A stretch of DNA of 55,214 nt, from NCBI GenBank assembly GCA_964384805.1, contig CAYLLO010000004.1:1-55214 (forward strand), in the 5' to 3' direction. The notes under the pieces are model-generated. The model saw only the letters and a list, made by a program, of their open reading frames with translations, did no database searches and was not told where the DNA came from. Position numbers and translations under genes: made by a program. Positions within the stretch are counted from its first letter, which is position 1, and each line of letters opens with the position of its first letter. This stretch comes from an uncultured Staphylococcaceae bacterium. GTDB lineage: Bacteria; Bacillota_I; Bacilli_A; ML615J-28; CAG-313. Shown piece after piece: positions 46,401 through 55,214 of the stretch.

Positions 46401-48068
46401 ATGTTGTCAGATATAGAGATTTCACAAAATGCCAAAGTTGAAAAAATTCACAAAATTGCTGAGAAACTAGCTATTCCTGAAGATTATTTAGAACAATATG
46501 GTTCTGATAAAGCTAAAATTAATTTAAATATTTTCAAAGAGTATGAAAATAAACCTGATGGGAAATTAATTTTAGTTACAGCAATTTCTCCTACACCACT
46601 TGGTGAAGGGAAATCAACCACGTCAATAGGGTTGGTTGATGCTTTATGTAAATTAAATAAAAAAGCTCTTGGGGCTCTTCGGGAACCTTCTTTAGGTCCT
46701 GTATTTGGAGTAAAAGGCGGAGCAGCAGGTGGAGGATATGCCCAAATTAATCCAATGGCAGATTTAAATTTACATTTTACAGGTGATTTACATGCGATTA
46801 CGGCTGCCAATAATCTAATTAGTGCATGTCTAGATAATCATATTTTTCAAGGTAATGAATTAAACATTAATCCTAATCGTGTGGTATGGCAACGTTGTAT
46901 GGATTTAAATGATCGGGCTTTGCGTGAGGTTATTGTCGCAAGAGAAGAAAAGAAAGGTGTAGTAGGTCGTCCAGAAAAATTTAATATAACAGTAGCTAGT
47001 GAAATTATGGCGATTTTATGTTTAGCTAAAGATATCAATGATTTAAGAAGTAGAGTAGATAATTTGATTCTCGCATATACCTATGATAACAAAATAATAA
47101 CTGTTAAAGATTTAGGTATTACAGGATCGGTTTTAGTGTTATTAAAAGATGCTATAAAACCAAATCTCGTTCAAACTTTAGAAAATAACCCTATTTTAGT
47201 TCATGGCGGACCATTTGCGAATATCGCTCACGGATGTAACTCAATTATTGCCACTAAGTTAGGACTTAAACTGGCTGATTATTTAGTAACAGAAGCTGGT
47301 TTTGGAGCCGATCTTGGTGCAGAAAAATTTTTAGATATTAAATGTCGCGAAGCAGGACTAAATCCCTCAGCAGTTGTTTTAGTCGCAACCATCAAAGCCT
47401 TAAAATATCACGGAGGTGTTGAAGCTAAAGAATGTCAGTTGCCAAATTTAGATGCTTTAAAGCGAGGAATTGTTAACTTAGAAAAACACATTGATACTTT
47501 ACAAACTTTTGGACTCCCTTTTGTAATTGCTTTAAATAGATTTGAAACCGATACTGATGAAGAGTTATCCTTTATGGAAAACTGGGCCATAGAAAATAAT
47601 TATTCTCTTGCTTTATCAGAAGTTTTCACAAAAGGTGGAGCAGGTGGAATTGAACTAGCTAAAAAGGTAATTGACACTTGTGAGAAAGAAAACAACTTTA
47701 ATTATTTATATGAGCTTACAGATCCAGTTGAAGATAAAATTTTTAAAATTGCTAGTAAAGTTTATGGAGCTAAAGAAGTTGTTTATAAAACAGCCGCATT
47801 AACGGTACTTGAAGAAATAAAAAAAACGAATTATAAAGATTTCTATATATGTATGGCCAAAACCCCTCTTTCTTTAACTGATAATGCGAAAATAGTTGGA
47901 GCACCAAAAGATTTTGTCATTACGGTTAAAGAGATTAGAGTTTCAGCAGGAGCTAAATTCTTAGTTTGCTTAACTGGAGCAATTATGACAATGCCAGGAC
48001 TTCCTAAAGTTCCTCTTGCTAACAAAATAGATATCGACGAAAATAACAAAATTCACAATTTATCATGA
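46401..48068 (+). CDS. fhs: Formate--tetrahydrofolate ligase
   Basis: MLSDIEISQ N-terminus, P-loop-like TPLGEGKSTTSIGL, 555 aa. Confidence 0.95.
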   Translation: MLSDIEISQNAKVEKIHKIAEKLAIPEDYLEQYGSDKAKINLNIFKEYENKPDGKLILVTAISPTPLGEGKSTTSIGLVDALCKLNKKALGALREPSLGPVFGVKGGAAGGGYAQINPMADLNLHFTGDLHAITAANNLISACLDNHIFQGNELNINPNRVVWQRCMDLNDRALREVIVAREEKKGVVGRPEKFNITVASEIMAILCLAKDINDLRSRVDNLILAYTYDNKIITVKDLGITGSVLVLLKDAIKPNLVQTLENNPILVHGGPFANIAHGCNSIIATKLGLKLADYLVTEAGFGADLGAEKFLDIKCREAGLNPSAVVLVATIKALKYHGGVEAKECQLPNLDALKRGIVNLEKHIDTLQTFGLPFVIALNRFETDTDEELSFMENWAIENNYSLALSEVFTKGGAGGIELAKKVIDTCEKENNFNYLYELTDPVEDKIFKIASKVYGAKEVVYKTAALTVLEEIKKTNYKDFYICMAKTPLSLTDNAKIVGAPKDFVITVKEIRVSAGAKFLVCLTGAIMTMPGLPKVPLANKIDIDENNKIHNLS

Positions 48069-48080
48069 GGAGGAATATAT

Positions 48081-48929
48081 ATGTTGCTAGATGGAAAAGC
48101 CTTATCTAACAAAATAAAGGAAGAATTAAAGCTAAAAATCGAATCATTAATTAATAAATATAACGAAACTCCGACTCTCGCAATTATTAAAGTAGGTAAC
48201 AACTCTGCTAGTGAAATATATGTTAGAAACAAGGTTAAAACAGCCTCATTAGTAGGAATGAAAGTAGAGGTTGTAAATTTAGAGTCTACAGTTACGATGG
48301 AAGAATTAACTTCTACAATTGATTTTCTAAATAATAATCCTCAAATACATGGAATTATTGTTCAGTTGCCACTACCTGCTCACTTACAAGAAGAAACAGT
48401 GATTAATAGTATTAGCGATGAAAAAGATGTTGACGGATTTGGACTATTAAATAAAGGCAAATTATTTAGTGGCGCAGCATCTTTAAGACCTGCTACTCCT
48501 CAAGGAATTATGAGATTGCTTGAAGAATATAATATTGAACTTACAGGAAAGAGGGCTTTAGTTATTGGAAGAAGCAATATTGTGGGAAAACCAGTTGCTT
48601 TAATGCTTTTAGAGAAGAACGCGACAGTCACAATTGCCCACTCACGTACTCAAAACATAAACGAAATATCAAAGAATGCTGATATAGTAGTTGTTGCGGT
48701 GGGGAAAAAGCATTTTTTAACCGCCGATATGGTTAAAGAAGGAGCGATAATTATAGATGTTGGCATAAACCGAGTTGATGGAAAAATCTATGGTGATGCT
48801 GATTTCGAAAATCTTAAAGATAAAGCCTCATATATTACCCCTGTACCTGGGGGAGTTGGACCACTTACTATTGTTTCCCTTTTGGAAAATACAATAAAGG
48901 CTTTTATAAAGCAAAGGGAGGACAAATAA
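48081..48929 (+). CDS. folD: Bifunctional methylenetetrahydrofolate dehydrogenase/cyclohydrolase
   Basis: LDGKALS...VGNNSASEIYVRNK...DVDGF...GRSNIVGKP...TPVPGGVGPLT. Confidence 0.95.
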   Translation: MLLDGKALSNKIKEELKLKIESLINKYNETPTLAIIKVGNNSASEIYVRNKVKTASLVGMKVEVVNLESTVTMEELTSTIDFLNNNPQIHGIIVQLPLPAHLQEETVINSISDEKDVDGFGLLNKGKLFSGAASLRPATPQGIMRLLEEYNIELTGKRALVIGRSNIVGKPVALMLLEKNATVTIAHSRTQNINEISKNADIVVVAVGKKHFLTADMVKEGAIIIDVGINRVDGKIYGDADFENLKDKASYITPVPGGVGPLTIVSLLENTIKAFIKQREDK

Positions 48930-49483
48930 TGATTATTGTTGGACTCGGAAATCCTGGTGAAAAATACGAAAAAACGCGCCATAATATTGGTTTTATGTTT
49001 GCAAATAAAGTAGCAGAGGCTAATAGAACTAGTTTTAAACTAGATAAAAAGTTAAAATGTATGTTAGCGGAATTTACTTTAAATGGTGAAAAACACTTTA
49101 TAATTAAACCAATTACATATATGAATGCTTCTGGTGAAGCAGTAAGAGCAGTTATGGATTATTATAAAAAAACTGCCGATGATGTAATTGTTATCTATGA
49201 CGATATGGATTTAGATTTAGGGAAGGTTAGAATAAGAAAGAATGGTTCTAGTGGTGGTCATAATGGAATTAAATCAATTATTGCTTATCTTAATACCGAT
49301 ATATTCAAACGCATAAGAATTGGAATTGGTCATAAACCAGCCGATGCGATTGACTATGTTTTAGGATGTTTTTCAAAAACTGATCAAAATGTTTTAAATG
49401 AAGTTTTTGATAAAGCCCCAGCAATGATAGATGATTTAATCTATAAAGGAATTGACTATATCATGAATCATTATAATGGGTAA
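48929..49483 (+). CDS. pth: Peptidyl-tRNA hydrolase
   Basis: MIIVGLGNPGEKYEKTRHNIGF and GHNGIKSI. It overlaps the folD stop by 1 nt. Confidence 0.95.
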   Translation: MIIVGLGNPGEKYEKTRHNIGFMFANKVAEANRTSFKLDKKLKCMLAEFTLNGEKHFIIKPITYMNASGEAVRAVMDYYKKTADDVIVIYDDMDLDLGKVRIRKNGSSGGHNGIKSIIAYLNTDIFKRIRIGIGHKPADAIDYVLGCFSKTDQNVLNEVFDKAPAMIDDLIYKGIDYIMNHYNG

Positions 49484-52400
49484 AAGTATGAATATTTTAG
49501 ATTATTTTCAAAGAGAAATAAAATATCACAATATCATTGAAGCAATAAATAATGATACAAAAAATATTCAAATAAATAATGTATCAAGCAATGCCTCGAA
49601 AATGCTAGTTGCTTCAAAATTTCAAGAAAAAGAAGAAACAATTGTGGTAGTATATCCTAATATCTACTATGCTAATCGGGCATATGAAGATTATATTGAA
49701 TTACTAGGAGCTGATAAAATCAGCTTTTTTCCTGTCGAAGAATTTATTTCTAGCGAGCTTGTTTCCTCATCAAGTGCTTTTAGGCTCGAAAGAATGAAAA
49801 CTCTAATAAATGTTTTAAATAAAAAACCTCAAATTATCATTACTAATATTGAAGGATATCTTCACAATGTTATGTCAAAAAAGAAATTAGAAGCCTCTTT
49901 TTTAAAAATTAGACAAGGAGATATTGTGAACAAAACACACTTAATTGATCAATTAGTGTCAAGAGGCTATAAAAAAAGCCCCATAACCGAAGTTGAAGGA
50001 ACATTTAGTGTTAGAGGGGGGATTGTTGATATATATATAGTAGGTAGTCAAAAGCCCGTAAGATTAGATTTTTTTGATGATGAAATTGAAACTATTAAAG
50101 TTTTTAATGTCGATACACAGTTATCTTGTGGAACAATTAAAGAAGTTGATATTTATCCTATTTATGAATTACAATATGAAAAAGATGAAATCGAAAGTAT
50201 AAAACAAAGGATTTTAGCAAACAACCAATTAAATGATAAAATCAGAAAAGATTTTCGATATTTAGAAGAATATGAATCACTTGATCAACTATATATATAT
50301 TTACCATACATTGATCCATTTTATACGACATTTATTAGTATTTTAGATAATCCAATAGTGGTATTTAATGAATTTAATGAAATATTAGATAAAGAACATC
50401 TTAATTTATTGGAGATGACGACTTATTTTGAAAATAAAGAATATGTAGGCAAAAGCGATTTTTTTAAGTCAATCAATGATGTTATTACCGAATCTAAGAA
50501 AAATGTCTTTATGATGAGTTTTTTAGGCAATATTGAGGCGTTTACAATTAATGAAACGTATAATTTAGAAACAGCTAATAATATTGATTATAATAATAAT
50601 ATTAAAAATTTTATTGATGATATTAAAATGAATAAAGATAAAACATATCTAATAACTCATTTTGACGACTACAAACTATCTTTTTTTGAAGAAACCCTTA
50701 ATAATGCTCAAATTAAGTATCAAAAAATAGATAGTTTTGATAAACTTAAAAAAACAATGGTTAATTTAGCGGTAATACCTAATGCTTTAGGTTTTGTTGA
50801 TTATAAGAAAAAACTAGAAATAATTACACCACATGAATTTTCTAGTGGTAAAATAATAAAAAATAGTAAACTTCAAAAAATTTATAATCAGTCAAAGAAG
50901 ATATATAATAAAGAAGAACTATCAATTGGGGATTATGTAGTTCATCAAGATTATGGAATAGGTAAATATTTAGGAATTAAAACAGTAGAACTAGATAATA
51001 TTAAAAATGACTATATTCAACTTGAATATGATGGGGAATCTAAACTATATATTCCAGTAGAAAATATATATGTTTTAGAAAAATATTTAGGTGGAGAAAA
51101 CAAAATACCAAAATTATCGAAGGCAACTGGTAAGGATTGGCAAAAGAAAAAAGCTAAAATAAAAGAAAAAGTTAGAGAAGTTGCTAAAAAGCTAATTACC
51201 ATTCAAGCCCAAAGAGAATTGTTAAAAGGTTTTGTTTATCCTAAAGATTCAGTTTTTCAACATCAATTTGAAGCTGAATTTCCATATCAAGAAACCGAAG
51301 GCCAATTAAAAGCAATTGAAGAAGTTAAAAAAGACATGGAAGGCCCTAATCCCGTTGATAGGTTAATTTGTGGTGATGTCGGATTTGGGAAAACGGAAGT
51401 TGCAATGCGGGCAGCTTTTAAAGTGGTAGATAACGGTAAACAAGTAGCCTACTTAGTGCCTACGACAGTTTTAGCTCGGCAACATTATTTAAATTTTAAA
51501 GAAAGATTTGAGAAATATGGCATTAGAGTTGAATTATTAAGTAGATTCGTAGATGCGAAAGGGATCAAAGCAGTTATTGAGGGACTAAATAAGGGTTATG
51601 TTGATATTGTGGTCGGAACACATCGTCTTTTATCTAAAGATGTTCACTTTAAAGATTTAGGACTTTTAATAATTGATGAAGAACATCGGTTTGGAGTTGA
51701 ACATAAAGAGCGAATTAAAGAATTAAAAGCAAATATTGATGTTTTGTCACTAAGTGCAACCCCAATTCCTAGAACCCTTCAAATGTCACTATCAGGTCTT
51801 AGAGATTTAAGCTTAATTGAAACGCCACCAGTGGATCGATTAAGTATTCAAACCTATGTTTTAGAAAGTAATGATTCAGTAATAAGAGAAGCAATAAGAC
51901 GTGAACTTGGACGAGGAGGACAAGTCTTTTATTTAATGAATAGAATTAGTAATCTTGATAATATTAAACGTAAAATTAACAAACTTGTTCCAGAAGCACG
52001 AGTGGGGATCATTCATGGAGCAATGGAAAAAGATGAAATTGAAGATGTTTTGAACGCTTTTTTAGACCGAAATTATGATTGTTTAGTTTGTACTACGATT
52101 ATTGAAACCGGTATTGATATCCCCAATGCCAACACTATCATTATTGAAAGGGCAGATACCTTAGGGCTTGCACAAATATATCAAATACGGGGTAGAGTAG
52201 GTAGAAGTGATAGAATGGCCTATGCTTATTTAATGTATGATAAAGATCGAATTTTAACACAAACAGGTAAAAAACGTCTTGATACCATTAAAGAATTTAC
52301 AACGCTAGGTAGTGGATACAAAATAGCGATGAGAGACCTATCCATAAGAGGAGCAGGAGATATTTTAGGTAGCGAACAATCGGGATTTATTGATGATATT

Positions 52401-52928
52401 GGAATAAATCTATATATGAAACTCTTAAATGAAGCCATTGAAGAAGAAAAAGGCATTATTAAACCAAAAGAGGAAGAAAAAATAGTTGATTTAAAAATCT
52501 CTAAACATATTGATGAAAACTATATTAATGATGATGAAATTAGAATTGCGATGCATCAAGAAATTAATAAAATACGTTCAAGAGAAGAACTTAATAAACT
52601 GCTTAATGAGTTTAATGACCGTTATGGACGAGTAAACGATGAACTAAAGATATATGTTGAAGGAAAATACTTAAGTTTTTTACTTAAAGCCAAAGGGGTA
52701 GAAACATATAACGTGAAAAAAGATAAAGCATGTTTTAATTTTGATAAAGAAAAAACTTTAAAGATTCCGTATACGTTAATTAAATCCGCAGCAATTGGGG
52801 TTCCTGAATATATATTTAAATACCTAAATGACCGCATTTTTGTAGAAATACCACTTAATTTAAACAATAATGGTTTAGATGAAAACCATTATATATATAA
52901 GTTAACGAAATTTTTAGAAAACTTTTAA
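49476..52928 (+). CDS. mfd: Transcription-repair coupling factor
   Basis: RNAP-interacting CarD-like region (GDYVVHQDYGIGKYLG), SF2 helicase motifs (GDVGFGKTEVAMRAAF, DEEHRFGV) and the TRG motif region. An alternative start is M5 at 49488. Confidence 0.95.
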   Translation: MGKSMNILDYFQREIKYHNIIEAINNDTKNIQINNVSSNASKMLVASKFQEKEETIVVVYPNIYYANRAYEDYIELLGADKISFFPVEEFISSELVSSSSAFRLERMKTLINVLNKKPQIIITNIEGYLHNVMSKKKLEASFLKIRQGDIVNKTHLIDQLVSRGYKKSPITEVEGTFSVRGGIVDIYIVGSQKPVRLDFFDDEIETIKVFNVDTQLSCGTIKEVDIYPIYELQYEKDEIESIKQRILANNQLNDKIRKDFRYLEEYESLDQLYIYLPYIDPFYTTFISILDNPIVVFNEFNEILDKEHLNLLEMTTYFENKEYVGKSDFFKSINDVITESKKNVFMMSFLGNIEAFTINETYNLETANNIDYNNNIKNFIDDIKMNKDKTYLITHFDDYKLSFFEETLNNAQIKYQKIDSFDKLKKTMVNLAVIPNALGFVDYKKKLEIITPHEFSSGKIIKNSKLQKIYNQSKKIYNKEELSIGDYVVHQDYGIGKYLGIKTVELDNIKNDYIQLEYDGESKLYIPVENIYVLEKYLGGENKIPKLSKATGKDWQKKKAKIKEKVREVAKKLITIQAQRELLKGFVYPKDSVFQHQFEAEFPYQETEGQLKAIEEVKKDMEGPNPVDRLICGDVGFGKTEVAMRAAFKVVDNGKQVAYLVPTTVLARQHYLNFKERFEKYGIRVELLSRFVDAKGIKAVIEGLNKGYVDIVVGTHRLLSKDVHFKDLGLLIIDEEHRFGVEHKERIKELKANIDVLSLSATPIPRTLQMSLSGLRDLSLIETPPVDRLSIQTYVLESNDSVIREAIRRELGRGGQVFYLMNRISNLDNIKRKINKLVPEARVGIIHGAMEKDEIEDVLNAFLDRNYDCLVCTTIIETGIDIPNANTIIIERADTLGLAQIYQIRGRVGRSDRMAYAYLMYDKDRILTQTGKKRLDTIKEFTTLGSGYKIAMRDLSIRGAGDILGSEQSGFIDDIGINLYMKLLNEAIEEEKGIIKPKEEEKIVDLKISKHIDENYINDDEIRIAMHQEINKIRSREELNKLLNEFNDRYGRVNDELKIYVEGKYLSFLLKAKGVETYNVKKDKACFNFDKEKTLKIPYTLIKSAAIGVPEYIFKYLNDRIFVEIPLNLNNNGLDENHYIYKLTKFLENF

Positions 52929-52953
52929 AAAACACCCTTACTTGGGTGTTTTT
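52927..52953 (+). terminator. Rho-independent terminator after mfd
   Basis: AAAAAACACCC-TTACTT-GGGTGTTTTT overlaps the mfd stop codon. Confidence 0.75.
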
Positions 52954-53032
52954 ACAATAGATATATAGGTATTATTAAGTTTTCCCTATCTATAGCCGAA
53001 ATATTTTCTTTGTACATGGAATTACTCTAGTT

Positions 53033-53252
53033 CTAAGAGAAATTTGCGTTTTTTAACAAATTAAAGGCTTTAATCTTAGAAACATTAGGATTATTTGACT
53101 TTTTGATTTCTAATGGATAAATTAAATCATCTTGTTCAATAATAATAACAATTTCGCGATTATCTCTGTCATAATAATAATAAAGTGGTTCAATACTAAG
53201 GTTTAAATAGCATTTCGTTAATCACATAGTTTTCTAATATTGCTAGCATCTT
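53033..53252 (-). pseudogene. 3-prime remnant of a DUF4143-type AAA ATPase gene (truncated and frameshifted)
   Basis: Hand translation of the minus strand gives MLAILENYVINEMLFKP-stop, then in another frame LSIEPLYYYYDRDNREIVIIIEQDDLIYPLEIKKSNNPNVSKIKAFNLL. This matches the C-terminal YFYRD...EIDF...PIEIKSS pattern of DUF4143 proteins. The ~300 N-terminal codons are absent. Confidence 0.6.
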
Positions 53253-53351
53253 TTAGCCAGAAAAAACAAAAAATAATTAACGAATTAATATTAAATAATA
53301 CAAAACAAGAATTTTCTCACTATAGTTGAATTAAACTCATCATTTGATTTA

Positions 53352-53396
53352 TGGACATATATATAAACATAGCGTATAATGGGGGTGTAACGTTAC
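53352..53396 (+). promoter_or_regulatory. Promoter of the XRE regulator gene with a palindromic candidate operator
   Basis: -35 TGGACA (53352..53357), 17-nt spacer, -10 TATAAT (53375..53380). The perfect 10-bp palindrome GTAACGTTAC at 53387..53396 lies around the expected transcription start. Confidence 0.55.
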
Positions 53397-53424
53397 CAAA
53401 AGATAAAATATGAGGAGATAATAA

Positions 53425-54504
53425 ATGAATTTAGGAATTAAAGTTAAAGAATTAAGAATGGAAAATAATTTAACTCAAGAAGATTTAGCAGAGCAACTAG
53501 GAGTTTCATTTCAAGCCGTGTCACGTTGGGAAACAGGGGTAACATATCCAGATATTACTTTATTACCAGTTCTTGCTAATATGTTTAATGTAACAGTTGA
53601 TTATTTGTTAGATGTTGATATTTTGAAAAAAGAAGAAGAAATTAATCAAATACTAAAAAAAGACGATGAGCTTGCACATGTAGGAAAAGTAAAAGAAAGA
53701 GAACACCTTTTAGAACAAGCACTTAAAAAATACCCAAATAACTGGGATTTTAAATCCAGATTATTAAGTGTATATCATGTTCAGACCGCAAATGCTACAG
53801 AAGAAGATGAAATATATCAAAAGAAAGTTATTGAACTTGGTAATCACATACTAGAAAAATGTACCATTGATAGTAAACGTTATTTAGCTATTGGTTCACT
53901 AATATTTGTATATGATTGGATAAGTGAAAGTAAAAAAGCTGAAGAAATAGCTAGTAACCTTCCAGAAAACTTTTATGATACCAAAGAATATGCTTTGATG
54001 ACAATATCACACGGGAAAGAGAATAATAAAGCTGTTAAAGATGTTATATATAGTGTTTTGGAAATGTTTGATAGTGCTTTATGGTATTATAGAGGAACAA
54101 ATGAAGAAAAGTTAAAAGTATATTTAAAATATAAAGAACTAATCGATGTAATTTTTGAAGACGGAAATTATTTATTCTTTAATGAACGTTTAGCCTCTAT
54201 TTATGAACAATGTGCCATTATTAGTGCAAAATTAAAAAATAAAGAAGAATGTCTTAAATATTTAAGTTTAGCACTTGATTATGCGGAAAAATTTGATGAA
54301 ATTGTAAAGGGAGCACCTACAACATATACAAGTTTATTAATGAGTGGTTTTGAAGAGAATCCAAGAAAATGGAAAAAGACTAACGAAATCAGTTCTTTAG
54401 AAAGAGTAAAATTAAATTTTGAAGAAACTAAATGGGCAGAATTTATTGTTAATGATGAAGATTATAAAAAGATAATTGAAAAATATTATAATAAACCTTT
54501 TTAA
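53425..54504 (+). CDS. XRE-family HTH transcriptional regulator with a long helical (TPR-like) C-terminal domain
   Basis: The N-terminal HTH_3 is LRMENNLTQEDLAEQLGVSFQAVSRWETG. About 290 aa of helical-repeat-like sequence follow, giving an overall architecture like RNPP/TPR-type regulators. Confidence 0.75.
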   Translation: MNLGIKVKELRMENNLTQEDLAEQLGVSFQAVSRWETGVTYPDITLLPVLANMFNVTVDYLLDVDILKKEEEINQILKKDDELAHVGKVKEREHLLEQALKKYPNNWDFKSRLLSVYHVQTANATEEDEIYQKKVIELGNHILEKCTIDSKRYLAIGSLIFVYDWISESKKAEEIASNLPENFYDTKEYALMTISHGKENNKAVKDVIYSVLEMFDSALWYYRGTNEEKLKVYLKYKELIDVIFEDGNYLFFNERLASIYEQCAIISAKLKNKEECLKYLSLALDYAEKFDEIVKGAPTTYTSLLMSGFEENPRKWKKTNEISSLERVKLNFEETKWAEFIVNDEDYKKIIEKYYNKPF

Positions 54505-54572
54505 ACTTTGTATAAATTGATTGATATTTATTAATAATAAAAATAGATAAAAAATAAAAATATTTTGTATAT

Positions 54573-54607
54573 TCTACATATTTTTACCAACAATATAAAT
54601 ATGTAGA
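54573..54607 (+). promoter_or_regulatory. 11-bp perfect inverted repeat abutting the spoVT ribosome-binding site
   Basis: TCTACATATTT (54573..54583) and AAATATGTAGA (54597..54607) with a 13-nt spacer. The right arm runs into the GAGGTG RBS. Confidence 0.6.
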
Positions 54608-54616
54608 GGTGAAAAA

Positions 54617-55144
54617 ATGAAAGCAACTGGAGTAGTCAGAAGAATTGATGATCTTGGCAGAATTGTAATCCCTAAAGAATTAAGAAGAACTATGCGTATT
54701 AGAGAAGGAGATTCACTTGAAATATTTATCGATGGCGAAAAAATAATGTTGAAAAAATATTCTCCTGTTCAAAATGTTAACGATTTTGTTATTGAATTTG
54801 TGGAAAGTATATATAGTTCTTATAAAAAAGATATGCTTATTACCGATAATGAAGTTATAATAGCGGGAGCAGGAAACTATAAAAAAGAGTTAATAGGCAA
54901 AAAAATATCTCCGAGACTTGAAGAAAAATTAACCAAAAGAGCAACGCAATATTTAGAAAAAGGTGAATACTTAGAATTAACAGTTGATTATGATATTAAA
55001 AAACCATCAGTTATTAAACCTATTAATGTATATGGCGATATCATAGGATGTGTGATTATATCAACAGATAATGAAATCACGGATGTAGAAAAATCACTTG
55101 CGGAATTTAGTGGAGTTTTTATGAGTAGATATTTAGAGGGATAA
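54617..55144 (+). CDS. spoVT: Stage V sporulation protein T (AbrB-family regulator)
   Basis: MKATGVVRRIDDLGRIVIPKELRRTMRIREGDSLEIF... is near-identical in pattern to Bacillus SpoVT. It is 175 aa with a GAF-like C-terminal half. Confidence 0.9.
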   Translation: MKATGVVRRIDDLGRIVIPKELRRTMRIREGDSLEIFIDGEKIMLKKYSPVQNVNDFVIEFVESIYSSYKKDMLITDNEVIIAGAGNYKKELIGKKISPRLEEKLTKRATQYLEKGEYLELTVDYDIKKPSVIKPINVYGDIIGCVIISTDNEITDVEKSLAEFSGVFMSRYLEG

Positions 55145-55167
55145 ACCAGCAAATGCTGGTTTTTTGT
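55144..55167 (+). terminator. Rho-independent terminator after spoVT
   Basis: AACCAGC-AAAT-GCTGGTT followed by TTTTGTTT. Confidence 0.7.
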
Positions 55168-55214
55168 TTATAAGGAAACTACATACTAAGACTTATGATA
55201 GAAAAAATACCCCC

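Noticed and set aside
1-55214. Mollicutes-type genetic code (TGA = Trp), suggested by the AT richness, the abundance of lipoproteins and the mycoplasma-like nuclease/ABC arrangement.
   Set aside because: All long conserved genes (dnaA, gyrA/B, mfd, fhs, dnaX and others) are full length with TGA treated as stop. recF ends at a TGA exactly where expected, and Trp positions I checked use TGG. Sporulation genes also argue against a mollicute.

Overview
This 55.2-kb window is the chromosomal replication-origin neighbourhood of an AT-rich Firmicute that appears to form endospores (spoVT, cwlJ and gerQ are present). All long conserved ORFs are intact under the standard code. Any finer taxon, such as Erysipelotrichia-like, is inference only. 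The canonical origin core is present: mnmE-jag-yidC-rnpA-rpmH on the minus strand, then dnaA-dnaN ... yaaA-recF-gyrB-gyrA on the plus strand. DnaA-box clusters flank dnaA and gene orientation switches at about 31 kb. The left arm holds a disrupted RhuM gene and a six-gene minus-strand operon (CUT1-type ABC importer, SNase-family lipoprotein nuclease, 1014-aa Cys-repeat lipoprotein). It also holds a separately transcribed 638-aa multi-OB-fold lipoprotein, recR-ybaB-dnaX (dnaX about twice normal length), ygiQ, a Na/Pi-type transporter, an NfeD-SPFH operon and T-box-controlled asnS. The right arm holds T-box-controlled serS, a HIT protein, cwlJ-gerQ, fhs-folD-pth-mfd, an XRE/TPR-like regulator beside a DUF4143 ATPase remnant, and spoVT. 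Two accessory insertions sit inside the origin core. One is a 343-aa membrane-anchored protein gene between rpmH and dnaA. The other, between dnaN and yaaA, is a plasmid-type ParA plus ribbon-helix-helix gene pair followed by about 1.3 kb of ORF-free, extremely AT-rich DNA. That DNA carries six helically phased copies of a 13-bp core in alternating orientation. These insertions, and the nuclease/ABC/lipoprotein locus with ferredoxin-like Cys repeats, are the best candidates for undescribed biology. I saw no rRNA, tRNA, CRISPR array or intact mobile element. All calls rest on reading the sequence and ORF track by eye; no searches were run.
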